The notes: generated by a model not told the origin, from the sequence alone. DNA of 64,000 bases from Octopus bimaculoides (GCF_001194135.2 NC_068984.1:87314051-87378050); one strand, 5' to 3'; shown: positions 1-14,100, counted from the stretch's first letter. A program made the numbers and translations.

Positions 1-815
1 AACAACTTTAGCTGTGTGAATTGGTGCATTATCATTCTGAGAGACTGCAGATTTCCAAGATATAGCCTCATCAGACCATTACAGATCCTCCTCCATGTTT
101 AACAGTTGGAAGAAGGCAGTCTGGGTCAACTACTTCTTTTGGCTGTCTCCACTCGTATACTCAGCCAGCGATTGGAAATAAGGTAAAGGATGACTTGTCC
201 GAGAAAATAGCATTCTTGCACTGCTCTAGGGACCAATTCTATAGGTTTTTTTCTCCACTCTAAACGTTTTGCAACGTTTGATTTTGAAAATAGTGGTTTT
301 CTGATTGCAGCCCTCCTGTAAAATCCAGTTTTGTGCAGCTTCCTGCAAACAGTTTTTGTGGAAACTGGGTTCTCAGGTGGTCATTAAGCTCTGCAGTAAT
401 TTTTGGAGCTGTACTTTTGTGATCCTTTTGGTCTGTATCTGAAAGTTTTGGTTTTCTTCCAGAGTTTTGTTTTGATGAGGAGTTTTTTCCTTCTTTCTCA
501 AAGGCTGTCATTACTTTCTAGACAGTACTTCTTGATATGCCAAACATTTTGGCTGTTTTCATTATGCTAGAGCCTGTCATACGAGCACCAACAGTTTGAC
601 CTCTTTGAAAGTCCAATAAATCTGTCATTTTAATTAATTTTAATTACCTTTTTCTGATGATATCTGAAAAGAAACAGCAATTTTAGCAAAACATATTAAG
701 CAACACTAATAATAAATCAAAAAACATAAAAATAAACAAGCTTTTGATGGTTTTATAGATGTTTCAAAATTATGATGCTATGATGCTAGGTGTTTCCATT
801 ATTTTGTCCAACCCC

Positions 816-817
<2 letters not shown>
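1..817 (-). mobile_element. Tc1-family DNA transposon relic (5' TIR plus disrupted transposase, cut by window edge)
   Basis: TIR at 788-817 reads CAGGGGTTGGACAAAATAATGGAAACACCT on the minus strand. Transposase from ATG 628 reads MTDLLDFQRGQTVGARMTGSS...SGRKPKLS, then IFSDKSSF and PTVKHGGGSVMV (Tc1 HTH and DDE motifs), with stops and frameshifts. Confidence 0.9.
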
Positions 818-859
<42 letters not shown>

Positions 860-1265
860 CACAAGAAATAAAAAATGATTGTAGGTCTTGTACAAGAAAA
901 AGTTTTAAAATACTTCCAGCAAATTTAAAAAAAAAACTCAACTGAAGACACAAGTCCATGATAACCAGTAAACATAAATTCCTTATATCTTTCCGTTTTT
1001 ATCATAATAACTCTAGGCAAATAGATAGTCAAATTGCAAAACAGTACAAAAGTTATGTGTGTCTGCTGATTTGACATGAAGGCATGATTATATAATTTAC
1101 ATTATGTAACTAATAATCACCTTATGTTAATGAAATGGTGTAACTAAATATCTTACAGACAAGCTGTCAAGTTTTGTTTTGTTTTATGTGTGTGCTCGCG
1201 TGTGTGTCTGTGTATTTGCATGCATCCATGTGAGTGTGTTTGTGTGTGTGCATGCACGCACATGC

Positions 1266-1302
<37 letters not shown>

Positions 1303-2378
1303 GTGAACAGATTAGCATCTTAAACAAAAATGCTTTGCAATCTTTAGGTCCATCTGTGTCACTTTGCTATCTGTCAATGTTGATTTGTCATTCGTTTCTT
1401 ACAAGATTCTTAAAATAAGAACCACAAATTCCTTGGGTCTATGTAATTAACTAAAACATTTAACTGAAAATAATCTTTATATCATGGATATGTTATTAAA
1501 ATGCTACTGAGAAAGTGCATGTATGCTGAAATCCCATGATCTGACAGTTCTGGCACTCATGCCAGACAAATCTCATCTACAGTGATATAGTCTGTGCTCT
1601 TAACATTGTATATCTATATAAAGGAATCTCTCAAGGTGAATACTGCATTATAAGATGTTCTAATAAGGCATAAAGGTTGCCATTTAATAGAAGAATAAAA
1701 GAATTTTGTTTTGATTCTGAATCATAAAATTTGAAATTCTAAAGGAAAAGCTATGATTTAAATTGTATAGGTTATATTTAACAATAGATGTCAAGAAAAC
1801 TGAAAATTGAAGTAAAAACTCTTATTTTGCTTTCCAATCAATAGTTTAATCCTACAACAACAAAATTAAATTTCATAGTTATTCCAGTAATGATGTTAAA
1901 TATCTATCCCAAAATAGAATTGGTATTTTCTACAAATTACATTACCTCTATAAACTTGATATTCTCAATAAAAAATAGTTTCAAACATTACATTCCTCGG
2001 CAAAAGACAGGTTGGTATGTAAAACTGCTTTCTGCAGTTAAGGGCAATGAAATTTTGAGAGAATATATCTGATTTCTTTGGTAAAAGGATTTACTGTTAC
2101 AACTCAAAATATCAGAATTATTTCATATGTTAGGGTGTCAGATGAAATGCCTTCTGGTATTTAATCTGGTTATGTTCTGAGTTCAAATCCCACCAGAGTC
2201 ATCTTTACTAGGATTGATGTGGTTGATGTCACTGACTAGCCCCATCCCCCAAATTCCAGGCATTTTGACTATACTAGAAACAACTTTGTTTCGTTTAATG
2301 AATAATGGATTTAAAATTCTTTCCTAGATTTCAGTTTTTCTTTGTGTGCTTAATATTTTTTATATTTTCTTCTTTTAG

Positions 2379-2504
2379 GTGTATTTATTTCAATTACATC
2401 TGTTGTTCTTGTTGATTTACTTGGTCTTGAGAACTTGACAAATTCCTTTGGATTGACTCTCTTGATTCAAGGTATTGCTACATTAATAGGACCACCCTTT
2501 GCAG
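2379..2504 (+). CDS. SLC16/monocarboxylate transporter (MFS) family gene, penultimate coding exon
   Basis: Polypyrimidine-AG acceptor at 2377-2378 and GTGAGT donor at 2505; phase 1/1; 126 nt. Encodes (G)VFISITSVVLVDLLGLENLTNSFGLTLLIQGIATLIGPPFA(G), typical MCT TM10-11 sequence. Confidence 0.92.
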
Positions 2505-2587
2505 GTGAGTTAACTTTCTTCTTCTCTATATTTCTTCATATATTTCCTTCTCTTTTTAAAAAGTTTTTCTCCAATTTTTTTTTCCAA

Positions 2588-2741
2588 GTGCAGGAGTAGT
2601 TGTGTGGTACAATACTTGCTTCCCAACCACATAGTTCTGGGTTCAATCCCACTGCGTAGCACTTTAGACAAGTGTCTTCTGCTATTGCCTCAGAGTGGAT
2701 TTGGTAGACGGAAACTGACAGAAGCCTGTTATAAATGTGTG

Positions 2742-2776
<35 letters not shown>

Positions 2777-2945
2777 TTCCCACCACTGCTTGACAAACAG
2801 TGTTGGTATGTTTACATCCCTGTAACTTAGCAGTTTGATAAAAGAGACCAATAGAATAAAAAGAAGTACTGGGGTTGATTCACTTGACTAAAATTCTTGA
2901 AGGTGGTGCCCCAGCATGGCTGCAATCTAATGACTGAGACAAGTA
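2588..2945 (+). mobile_element. tRNA-headed SINE, family A (full length, internal (TG)n)
   Basis: A/B-box-like head (GTGTGGT...GGTTCAATCCC), central (TG)n and conserved tail. The same sequence recurs many times in the window. Confidence 0.8.
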
Positions 2946-3167
2946 AAAAAAACAATACGTTTTCAAATTGATGGAGAAAATTATTACCTGACCAGTTATT
3001 TTACTTTTGCAAAAATAGCATAAAAGGCAAAACAACTGTTGTATAGAAACATATATATCTAAGGTTATCAAATTAAACTAAAAGCCAGGCTCACACTGCA
3101 AATATACTGCATGTTTAGGCCTACAGTTGTTTGAAAGTGCAACAATGTTACATCATGTACAACAATA

Positions 3168-3216
3168 CCATCATCAACACCATCATCATCACCACCACCA
3201 CCAACAACAACAACAG

Positions 3217-3277
<61 letters not shown>

Positions 3278-3287
3278 AACAACAGCA
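3168..3287. repeat. Compound trinucleotide microsatellite (CAT/CAC/CAA/CTA/CTG)
   Basis: Adjacent runs of CAT, CAC, CAA, CTA, CTG and CAA read directly. Confidence 0.95.
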
Positions 3288-3379
3288 AATAATTGTTAAA
3301 AACTGTTAAGTAGAAAGACATATGTTGGCATTGTTTCATACTTCAACAGTAATCTGCATAACAATACCATATCCATTAT

Positions 3380-3775
<396 letters not shown>

Positions 3776-4324
3776 ATGTATGTTTATATTTTATGCAACA
3801 TGTAACTTTCTAAGTTTATCATTTAGTTGTAGGGGCAAATTGTCAGTGCCATTTGCAAGCCTCTTCAGATTGGTGAGGTCAATAAAGTTACGCTGACCTT
3901 GAATATCTGTAGGTTGATTCCTTGATTCCTTTAGTGAAAACATGGGTAGGGAATTATTCTTTTTGGAGCATGTAATTTTGGGTTAGGAGAATTGATGAAG
4001 TGTGTAGTACTCAGCTGTGTGTTGAAATAGGATAGGATGAAAGGAAGAAAAGTCAATGAACTGGCTGAACTCAAATGAAAGTGGTATGCTGCCAACAAGT
4101 TTAGAGGTGTGGAAACCATCATAGTGACAGTAACAAAGACAGAAAAGAATCAGTACTTCTGTGAGTTCATGGTTTTAGTGTTTTGGTGAATGATTTTTTC
4201 CCACTCAGCTGGATAACTTTCTTTGCATGTAGCTGAGAATATGTATACATACTTAGTCTTTATTGCAAATAATAATCTGACATAATTTAGATAATCTAAT
4301 AATTACATATATAACACGTATGCA

Positions 4325-4440
4325 TATGGTGTAGTAAGAAGCTTGCTTCCCAACCACATGGTTCTGGGTTCAGTCCAACTGCATGACACCTTGAGCAAGT
4401 GACTTCTACTGTAGCCTCAAGCCAACCAAAACCTTGTGAA
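4325..4440 (+). mobile_element. SINE family A, 5' fragment
   Basis: GCTTGCTTCCCAACCACATGGTTCTGGGTTCAGTCC head shared with 2588-2945. Confidence 0.7.
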
Positions 4441-4574
4441 AGAGAAAGTGAGAAAGTGAGAAAGTGAGAGACAGTAGATATATAGATTAAAAGAAAAGTT
4501 GATACATAGACATTGTTAAATCAAAGACAAATAACTACAACAAATATTGGATGTCAATTTCACTTTTCACTACC

Positions 4575-4745
4575 ACATGAGGATAAAATTAACTTGCAAG
4601 TGGCTGAGCACTCCACAGACATGCATACCATTAACGTAGTTCTCAGAGAGATTCAGCCTCACACAGAATATGACAAGGCTGGCCCCTTTCAGTTACAGCT
4701 ACAACTCATTTTGGCCAGCTGAGTAGACTGGAGCAAGATAAACCT
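4575..4745 (-). mobile_element. CORE-like SINE fragment (family E)
   Basis: Matches the internal part of 5060-5362. Confidence 0.65.
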
Positions 4746-5059
4746 TCAAGTGTTGCAAAGAAAACGAAAGAAGATCCTATATAGGGGCAAGAAAATCTTT
4801 TTAATCATTAGGGTTACTATGGGTATTAATCTGGTCCTAACAGTGGTATTTGTGGGTCTCACAGATCTGGAGGCCAAGCCCCTAGATAAACACCAATGCA
4901 CAGGCTGTTCTTGTCAAACTGAGTGTGAGTCGAGGGTGAATACACAACGGAATAACAATTATTTCATTGCTTATATTAAACACAACATTTTTGCCTTATG
5001 ATATGGAGCATTTCCTTTTCTTTCACTCTTTTTTTTAAAAAATGGCACACTGTCATTTA

Positions 5060-5362
5060 TGATGATGAGGTTCCTGTCTATCTGATCAGTGGAACTGTCT
5101 GCTCATAAAATTAACGCGTAAGTGGCTGAGTACTCCACAGACATGCATACCATAGTTCTCAGGGAGATTCATCCTCACACAGAATGTGATAAGGCTGGCC
5201 CTTTGAGTTACAGTTACAACTCATTTTTGCCAGCTGAGTGGACTGCAGCAAAGTGAAGTAGAGTACCTTGCTTAAGAACACAGCGTGCCACCAGGAATCA
5301 TACTCATGACTTTATGATTGTGGGCTGAATACCCCTAACCACTGAGCCACACACCTTCACTC
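5060..5362 (-). mobile_element. tRNA-headed CORE-like SINE (family E; may correspond to octopus OR2)
   Basis: Minus-strand tRNA-like head near 5360, CORE-like middle (reverse complement of ACTCATTTTTGCCAGCTGAGTGGACTG), and a 3' tail shared with the SINE at 12184-12562. Confidence 0.7.
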
Positions 5363-5869
5363 TCTTAACCATAGAGAAAAGGAGTGAAGCGATAGAGACA
5401 GAAAAAGGAAAGCCTCAGTCATTTAAAATGACAATTAGACTGAAATACGATCGATCTTTTCTAGCTTCTTTACTTTTAACAATGAAGAAGAGGGAAAGAC
5501 ATTTAGTAATGAATAGAGGTAACTTTTACAGGTGTTTACATTTTTATTCTGGGAGTTCTAGAATGATCGAGTGTTAGTTCACTCTTCTTTCTCCCACCCT
5601 TGGTACTTATTCGCCTTCTTTCAAAGTTCTTCATGTCTTTTAGTTGGTGGTGGGGGGGAAGACCATGTTTTTTCTCAGGCACGTTTAATGTCTTCTCTAC
5701 AAACAACAAACAAGACTCTGCTTCCCTTCTTTTCTTTTTATACAAAAACTAATGCGAATTTCAAACGGGGTACAGGTATGAGAAGAGCTCAGAAAAATGG
5801 GTAATACCCCCCCAAAAATGGGTGGGAGAGAAAAGTTGCCAACAGGTGGCTACACGAAATTCAACTCTA

Positions 5870-5992
5870 GAGTTGTTTCTACTATAGCCTCGTGTTTGAC
5901 CCCACCACCACCATTGCTTAAGACACTTACCCAAGGTACCATGCAGTGGGACTGAACCTGGAAAGCAAGCTTTTTACCACACAGCCATGCCT
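5870..5992 (-). mobile_element. SINE family A, 5' fragment
   Basis: Reverse complement of the family A head. Confidence 0.6.
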
Positions 5993-6252
5993 AATGTAAT
6001 AAAGTATATTTCGAAGAAAGTTTGCATACTATGTTTGCATACTCTCTATGCACTTGTTTGGCCTTCAACGAACATAGGAGGTCAAACAACCACAGAGAAT
6101 TTCGTTTTGGCTCCACATCTTATTTATAGATGGAAATTAACTTGCAGCTAATATATTTAAACATGATATAATAATTGCTAGACTTAAGTATATGTTTAAA
6201 ATTTTCTTTTAACAAAGCAGTTTTAAAAGATTTTTTTATTTTTTGATTTCAG

Positions 6253-6482
6253 GATGGCTGTATGATGAAACAAAGAACTACGACTTCTCTTTTTACCTAG
6301 CTGGAATTACATTGGCTGGGGGTGGTCTTTTGTTATATATTATACCATTTTTAAAACGATACCAAAAGAAAAAGCAACATGTGATTACTGAACTAACGTC
6401 AGATGCACCGACAATGAACAGTACACCACCACAAATTGTTGTTAGTTTGACAGATATTGATTCTAATCATGAAGAATTGTGA
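6253..6482 (+). CDS. SLC16/monocarboxylate transporter family gene, terminal coding exon
   Basis: TTTCAG acceptor at 6251-6252, phase 1 matching the upstream exon. Encodes (G)WLYDETKNYDFSFYLAGITLAGGGLLLYIIPFLKRYQKKK...EEL with stop TGA at 6480-6482, the MCT GWLYDxTxxY TM12 signature. Confidence 0.92.
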
Positions 6483-7412
6483 TCATTTTACAGATATGAC
6501 TAATTTTATAATTAAGTCATTCATTAAGTTAGTCCTACTAAAGCAGGAAATATTTCTCAGGTCATGCAAGAAAACTTTATCAATTTATATTCACCAAACA
6601 TTAATTTTAATCATGGAGTTTCTCATATTTTGCTATCAACACATTATTCATTTAGCTCAGAGTCTTTTGTATGATATGATTCTACATATGTTTATGTAAA
6701 TATACCACTCTATATATATATTTATAAACATATGTGTAAGATAAGTTTTATGAAAGCCAAATATCTTGTTGTGTAAATACAGGCACACACACACACACAC
6801 ATACACACACACACACACACACATACACACACACGCACGCACACACACACACATGCATATACTTATATAAATATATACGTGAGTGTCAAAACATTTAAAC
6901 ATGTCTGTAGAGATGGTGAATTGGCAGGGTTGTTCAGGCATTGGATGAAATACCTTATGGTATTTATTCTAGCACCTTACAATCTGAGCTGACACCTTGC
7001 TGAGACCATCTTTAGTTTTCATTCTTCCAGGGTTAATAATTATAGAACTATTCAAGAATCATGGATTATCAGAACTATTAGATCATCAGACCTTGTGGTA
7101 TTTTTTTTTTTAATTGTTGAGTTCTGAGTTCAAATCTTGCCATGGCCTACATAGATGGTACAATTAATATGTCATCCAATTCAACAATACCACCACTGGG
7201 TCCTTGTGTGCCTTTAGCAGAGTCTGCCACTCTGTTGCAAGCATTTAGATCAGGTCTCTCATTTGAAGAAGTCTTCCCCATTCCCACCAGTCTAGGAGGC
7301 TCTGAAAAGGGTCATAGGTACTGCTCGTCATCCCGAGTAAGCAATATATAGATATATATACATATATATATGTAAATATATGTATGTATATGTGTATGTG
7401 TGTGTGTGTGTG

Positions 7413-7460
<48 letters not shown>

Positions 7461-7483
7461 NNNNNNNNNNGTGTGTACATAAA

Positions 7484-7522
<39 letters not shown>

Positions 7523-8269
7523 GTATAAACACGCACACACACATGGACACACATATATATAAATACATATATGCCTATTGCTTTGGCATCTATATTTTGG
7601 TCAGCAATTTTTACTTTAAGATCATTTATTTTATCTTTCCTTTTTATATACCTTTTATTTCTAAGCTGATGGTTCACTTTGTTCCATATCACTATATTGT
7701 AATAAAAGTGTTAAAAATATAATTCTGTGTCTGTTTTTAAGTCTTACTTCAAAGTGCTATTATGGAATTAAATGAGTGAGTATAGAAAAAGAATAATGAA
7801 ATGCATCCACATAAATTTTCAAAGTTAATTTAATATAATTTAATATTCAGCTCTCAAAAGTTTTGAAGGTGTTTGAGAAAGAAACATATCAGTTTACAAG
7901 ATATGTAAAATATATTTGGAAAATGGCTGTTGAATTGTTATGAGTTACTGAGGGAGCTCAATGTGGTTGCTCAATCAGCTAGAAGTATAGCCATATGTCC
8001 CTCATGTGATATCATACTGTCTTGAAATAAAAGAGACTACACTAAATCAATGTAAAAAGTAAATAAATATTCATGAATGTTGTACTGAAGTCTTTCGGAT
8101 GCAAAAACTTGACACACGATACATCATACTTTTCAGGTAAGTGTTGTCCTTACTTCTAAGAGTTCCAGTTGAAAAGTGTACCAAACAAGGAGATACCATA
8201 TCTCCATAGCTCTTCACTGAATGTCTTGAAAGGTCATCAGGGACTTTGATTGAAAAATTGACATCAGCA

Positions 8270-8505
8270 TCAACAGTGAGCCACTAATGCACCTCCATTG
8301 TGCAGATTACATTGTGCTTATCACAGAAACTGCAAATCATCAGCAGAATATGCTGACAGAGCTGGACATCCAGAGTTCAACAGTAGACCTCAAAATAAAG
8401 AGAATGAAAACAAAATACATGGGGTCTGAAAATGTAACACAAGGACAAATAGTGATAGGAAGAGATAAATTTGAAGAGGTGAAAGAATATGCCTACATGG
8501 GCCGA
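8270..8505 (+). mobile_element. RTE-clade LINE reverse transcriptase fragment
   Basis: HLHCADYIVLI...LKIKRMKTKYM...EEVKEYAYMG resembles the FADD...GLxINxxKTK...VxxYxYLG RT C-terminus. Confidence 0.7.
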
Positions 8506-8970
8506 GTAAATTATATGCGAAGGTACATATGTACACACTTATGTCTGTCTGTTAGTATGTATGTGTGTGCATGCATGTGTGTGTGCATGTGTACATACAA
8601 ACATATGTACTTACATTCAAATAGCATACACGCATGTACATACATGTATATTTAGGTCATGGACGACAGGTGTATTGAGTGAAAGTCACACAAACAACTA
8701 TAATTTCTTTACTTTTTTCTTTGCCATTCAAGCATCACCTGAATAGTTATGGATGATTAAGCCCATACAGTTATGGCTTTTAATACTAAACTTGAAAGCC
8801 TGTTCTTATTTTAATACAATATCTGTTCCTTTGAAAATGTTTGGCCTAGTGACTAAGGTGCTAGAGTTGCAACCGAAAGGTCATGGGTTCAATTCCAGGA
8901 GCAAGGCACTTGATTTCACATTGTCTCAGTCTATTTAGGCAAGAATGAGTGCCAGCTGACAGCTAGTTCA

Positions 8971-8974
<4 letters not shown>

Positions 8975-9018
<44 letters not shown>
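8975..9018. repeat. (CT)n microsatellite
   Basis: Direct reading. Confidence 0.95.
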
Positions 9019-9020
<2 letters not shown>

Positions 9021-10184
9021 GTTACTTACTTGATGTTCCACTGGGTCAAATGAAAGAGGGCTGAGAGAGTGCTTATGTCTACTCATGACAACATAAGCAC
9101 CTAAAGCAAAGAGTGAAAGCATAGTAAAAGCCACTAGGTTACATTCAATTGCAAGTAACAGCTAAGTATATAACTTCCTAGTCTCAGTGCCAAGATTGTT
9201 ATCTGAGAAATGTAATAAAGTAGATTACAATTTTTACAAATTTCATTCTTTCTTCAAGGGAATCAATCATTTACTCATTTTGTATCTAAAATTTAGGAAG
9301 CAATTTTGAATCTTGATGTTGGTCCCAATAATGAAGCTTTCTGTTACATATAAGGGGTACATATAAATAGCTTTGTTGTCTATAATACCAAAGGTTTGTT
9401 AAAAGCATTGAGACGTAAAAAGACTTTGACAGTCAACAGTTTTTTTTACAAAGGGGTGAAAAAAGAAAAAAAAAACTCTTTTTAGTTCATCTCAAAAAGC
9501 TATGAAATTAATATTAGCAAAGATCTAATATAATGAGCATAACTGGCTTATTTGAAAGGATTTTGAAATTTCTTATATGGTTTGCAGACAGGTAATATGA
9601 AAGGAAATAATATGAAAAAGCAGTGGCTTTCTTATCTATAAGAGATTGAGAGAGAGTAAGACAGGTATATATTTGGGATGAGGTGTTAGAGAAATGTTTG
9701 GAGTCAGTGAGATGAATTCAAATAGAATATTATCTATGCATCTATGCAGTTGAGTGAGGCCTTCAGGCAGAAGCAAAGTCGTTTAAATAGTATGCTTAAA
9801 AACTTTTATTTATTTATTTATTCATTCAGTGTTACTAGAAACTGGGAAAAAGAGACTTGTTAGTCTTCAGTTTACAGTGGTAACAAAAGGATATAAAGTA
9901 ATGCTAGATAATATTCAGATTAGACTGATAATAAAGGAGTCAATAATTTGAAGACATTCTCAGTGAGAATTTTCCAAAATTAGTGCAAATATGTATTCTT
10001 GAGTCAAAGTGCATTTTTTCACACTTAAAATCTTAAAAAGTTGAGTGCATGAAGAAGGATTTTGTAAATAGAACACATGAAAATCCAGTCGTTTAACCAC
10101 AGCACATATCTCTCAGGGCCAACTGACAAAATAGTTAAAGCATTGACTAGAATGCTTAACTGTGTTTCTTCTCATTCTGCATTC

Positions 10185-10560
10185 ATCATCCTTAACATCC
10201 ATTTTCCATGCTGGCATGGGTTGGACAGTTTAACCAGAGCTGGCAAGCCAGTGTTAGGAAGCTCAATGCTCCTCCTAACACCAACTGCCTTACAGAGTGT
10301 GCTGGGTGTTTTTACATGGCACTGGTGCAGGTGCTTTTTATGTGGCTATCTAACACATGCATTTTGTGATGCCAGCATGTGTGCAATTTATGTGGTGCCA
10401 GCACAGGTGCTTTTTATGTGGCCTGGCAAGGATACATTTTGTGTGGCACCAACATGGGTGCTTTCTATGTGGTACTGGCATGGGTGCTTTCTTTGTGGCA
10501 CCAGCACAGGTGCTCTTTACATAGCTCAGCATGGGTGCTTTTTACACAAACATCAACTTT
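10185..10560 (-). mobile_element. Repeat family C (RTE-like 3' end or SINE), degenerate, with internal ~26-bp minisatellite
   Basis: TTTCCATGCTGGCATGGGTTGGACAG terminus shared with 27101-27270; repeated GGTGCTTTTAYRTGGCAC units at 10300-10550. Confidence 0.7.
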
Positions 10561-11815
10561 GTCATTTTATCTTTTTTGTGGGTCATTACATAAAGCATCA
10601 GCCCATACTAGTGTAATAGTTAGGGTGTTGCTAGCCATGTGTGTTCTCAATTCAAATCCTGTTTTATACCACTGAACAAAAAACTTTTGTCAAAAATTTA
10701 AACCAAGAGAGAGTATCAGTAATTGAAAAGAAAGTTGCAGTGAGGTGATGATAATTGCATACATAGTTATTCATAGTCTACACTGCATTGGTGTTCTAGC
10801 TCATACTGTTCTATTATCAACCTTGTATTATAGTGTAAATGAAGGTGAACTGCTCTGTTTTATTTTTAAATCTTTTCTATAAGTAATTTTACTCTTTTTT
10901 ACTGTGGCAGGTTGGAAAAAAGGGTAACTGAATGCTGATGAGTCTTTGGTAAAAAAAATTAGAGCAGTCACTTCAATTCACTTTCCAATTTGCCAAAAGG
11001 CCTGTAGAGTTTAACTATAGGGGTTCTAATTTCACAAGAGGATAGAATATGCATGTACAAATGGCTATGATTGGAACAACTTCTAAAAGCACACCTGTAT
11101 CTAAACAACAACATATCAGGTTTCAGTATGTGTTTAAAATGTATGTAAACAAACTAGGATACGCACAATAAAATTTACATTAATTCTGTTAAATTATAAA
11201 ACTAATTTTTCTAACATTACTAAACAGAAGAGGGTACGTTGTGCATTTACATCATGTGATTCCTGATAGAAACAACATGAATACACAAATCCATATGATT
11301 TTTTAATACAGGAGGGTGTTATGAAATATTAAGAGATGGGAGATGAAAAGCTTCAATCAACTGATATTGTCAAAACAATTAGTAGACAAAACTCCATTTA
11401 AGATATTTAAAAAATCTAAAACACAAAAAAATAAAGAAACATGGAAGATAATTCCAGGAAGATCGATTGATTGAGGTTTTTAGACAATACAATGAGGATT
11501 ATAATGGATCTGGTCTTTAAAGCCATGAGGTGAAAACAATGGTCATTCTTCAGTCTTATAAGATCTTCTCAGTGAAGAATACTCTGGTCAGTTGACAAGA
11601 CTAATAATGAAATGTACATAGAAATAGAGGAAATACAGTGATGCTGATCTGCATGACCTAGGTCATTCAGTTTTCCAAATCTTATTGGAATTACCTCCCT
11701 TGCTTATTTTCAAATTTTAAATACCTCCAGGAGTTTTTATCTACTAATTGCTTGGATAATCCCATTGATCGAAATTTTTCAACTCATAATATATGTGTGT
11801 GTGTGTGTCTTGCAG

Positions 11816-11866
<51 letters not shown>

Positions 11867-11919
11867 CCTTGCCATATTTGGTTACAAATTGTTTAGATAA
11901 TTTCAATAATCAGAGTTTA

Positions 11920-12990
11920 TCCATTCACTATATTACATACATGAGACCCTACAGTATATGTATTCAGCTGGCAGAATGCTTCCCTGAAATATTTGGTATC
12001 TGCCAATATTGTTGACGGGGTACCCCAACAAGTCTGATAACTGAAATTAATAAAAAAATAAAACATTCAGTCACATCTGCTTTCAGAAATCTACCATGCT
12101 CTGAATGTCTTGCTTACCTGGGCATGATGAACACATTAAAGCTCTGACATCTGGCAACTGACTTGGTAGACACCCACAATATTGTGTTATTGTTGGCACT
12201 CTGTTGAGGGTTCCAGTTGATCCGATCAACAGAACAGCCTGCTCGTGAAATTAACATGCAAGTGGCTGAGCACTCCACAGACACGTATACCCTTAATGTA
12301 GTTCTCGGGGATATTCAGCATGACACAGTGTGACAAAGCTGACCCTTTTGAATTACAGGCACAACAGAAACAGGAAGTGAGAGTGAGAGAAAGTTGTGGT
12401 GGAAGAGTACAGCAGGGTTCGCCACCATCCCCTGCTGGAGCCTCGTGGAGCTTTAGGTGTTTTCGCTCAATAAACACTCACAACGTCCGATCTGGGAATC
12501 GAAACCATGATCCTATGACCGCGAGTCCGCTGCTCTAACCACTGGGCCATTGTGCCTCCACAACCCACAATATTATCAACCATCTTTCCAGCAACCTTGG
12601 GCACCGTTTTGAATTTCATATGGCTAACACTTATGGAGATGCTTACAAATTCAAAAAACAATACAGTTCCCATGACTTTCAGAAACATTTTTTCATGCTC
12701 AGAATTCTGAAGTATGGAATAAACTACCTGCATCAGTTATTAGCTGGTGAGACACTACAGCCTCCAAAACTTCTATGCTTCTTGAAATTCATCAATAGTA
12801 CACCTGATACTCCCCACTCACATTTCTTTTTTTTTTTAATTTCTTTTTAGACTTTTCACTGTTCTATGTACTGTTCATGTAGTTTTGGTTACTTTTTCTG
12901 ATAAGTTTGTAGTGCACCTGAGCACTGTATTCAATAAGTTCATGCTCCAAAGTAAAGTTATAACTGTTGAAAGATGTCATGGTTTTCTCT
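11920..12990 (+). mobile_element. CR1/L2-type LINE 3' relic interrupted by a SINE
   Basis: The frame joins across the SINE as LATDLVDTHNIIN, then FF.LRI.EVWNKLPASVI, typical of the CR1 ORF2 C-terminus. Confidence 0.6.
12184..12562 (-). mobile_element. tRNA-headed SINE, family B, full length with 12-bp TSD
   Basis: Minus-strand head TGGAGGCACAATGGCCCAGTGGTTAG...GGTTTCGATTCCC and an AAC/AAT tail. TSD ACCCACAATATT at 12172-12183 and 12563-12574. Confidence 0.9.
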
Positions 12991-13844
12991 TGTACTGTCT
13001 ATTGTGTTGATATTACCTACATCAATTGTTAGTTTTTTGTGGAGGAGATTTGACCATTATGAAATGACAATTGTGCCATTACCTACAAATCTGAATCTAT
13101 TGCTATTATCTTCTCTGCGTGTATTAATTTTTTAATTACACCAACTAAATACTTTTGGAGCAACAAAATTTAAAATATACAGTAATCCGAATGCATAAAC
13201 CATTCCTAAAGTAATAACACCCAATATAAAAAGCGGGAAAAAAAGCAACTAAAAAAATGGTGACAATTATATTAAAAGAAAAAGTTTATTTTGTGTTCTT
13301 TTGATTTATTTCAAAAGCAATTGTTATTAACATAAAAATTATCTATCGTTTGTAGATCTTAATGGTTTTGATTATGCTCATTATGGAGGCAGACTTTGAG
13401 TCCTCATTTGGTTTAATGACACCTACTGGCATATGGATGCCTTTAGCAGAGTTCCCTCAGTAGCAAGCATTCAAACTAGATGTCTAATCTCAAGATAACT
13501 TTCTCTATTCCTTCCAGCTGTCTCAAAGGTTATAAGAAATGTGATGGACACTATCTTTCTTTTTCAGTCTAGATTTCTCCCTCTCTCTCACACACACATT
13601 GAGCATCTGAATTTTTGTTTTGGTCATAAATAAGTTTGAAGGATGAAAGAGCAGGACTGGCTTTGCACAAACCATGCTCACTATAATAATAAACCTCTGC
13701 TACCTTCTTGGGAACATTTATTGACTATTTAAAAAGAGGCTCAGGGAATAAAGAAAATTCAGAGAAAGGGAACCTAAGGCAGATATGTACTTAACCACTA
13801 TCTGGTAACCTTGGGGCTCTATGAAGTCATGAATGTATTGACTT

Positions 13845-14100
13845 GTCTTTCATCTAATGTCCATTTTCCATGCTGGCATAGGTTGGACAGTTTGACCAGA
13901 GCTGCCCTAGGTTCCAGTCTGATTTGGCCTAGTTTCTATGGCTGGGTACCCTTCCAAACACCAACCACTTTACAGTGTGTGCTGAGTACTTTTAACATAG
14001 GACTGGCACATGCGCCTTCGTGTGGCGCCAGCATGAGTGCTTTTACATAGCACCGGCATGAGTGCTTTTCACAAGGCACCAGCACAGGACACTTGCAGGG
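13845..14100 (-). mobile_element. Repeat family C, degenerate copy
   Basis: TTTCCATGCTGGCATAGGTTGGACAG terminus plus short internal repeats. Confidence 0.6.

Noticed and set aside
3127-3309. Poly-His/Gln/Leu protein ORF
   Set aside because: Translation of an intronic triplet microsatellite with no splice or start support.
11200-11780. Possible Tc1/mariner transposase relic
   Set aside because: Only vague similarity; no diagnostic motif could be read in any frame.
12480-12562. tRNA genes at SINE heads (also 2590-2660, 5290-5362, 8845-8900)
   Set aside because: A/B-box-like heads continue into SINE bodies and lack a complete cloverleaf.
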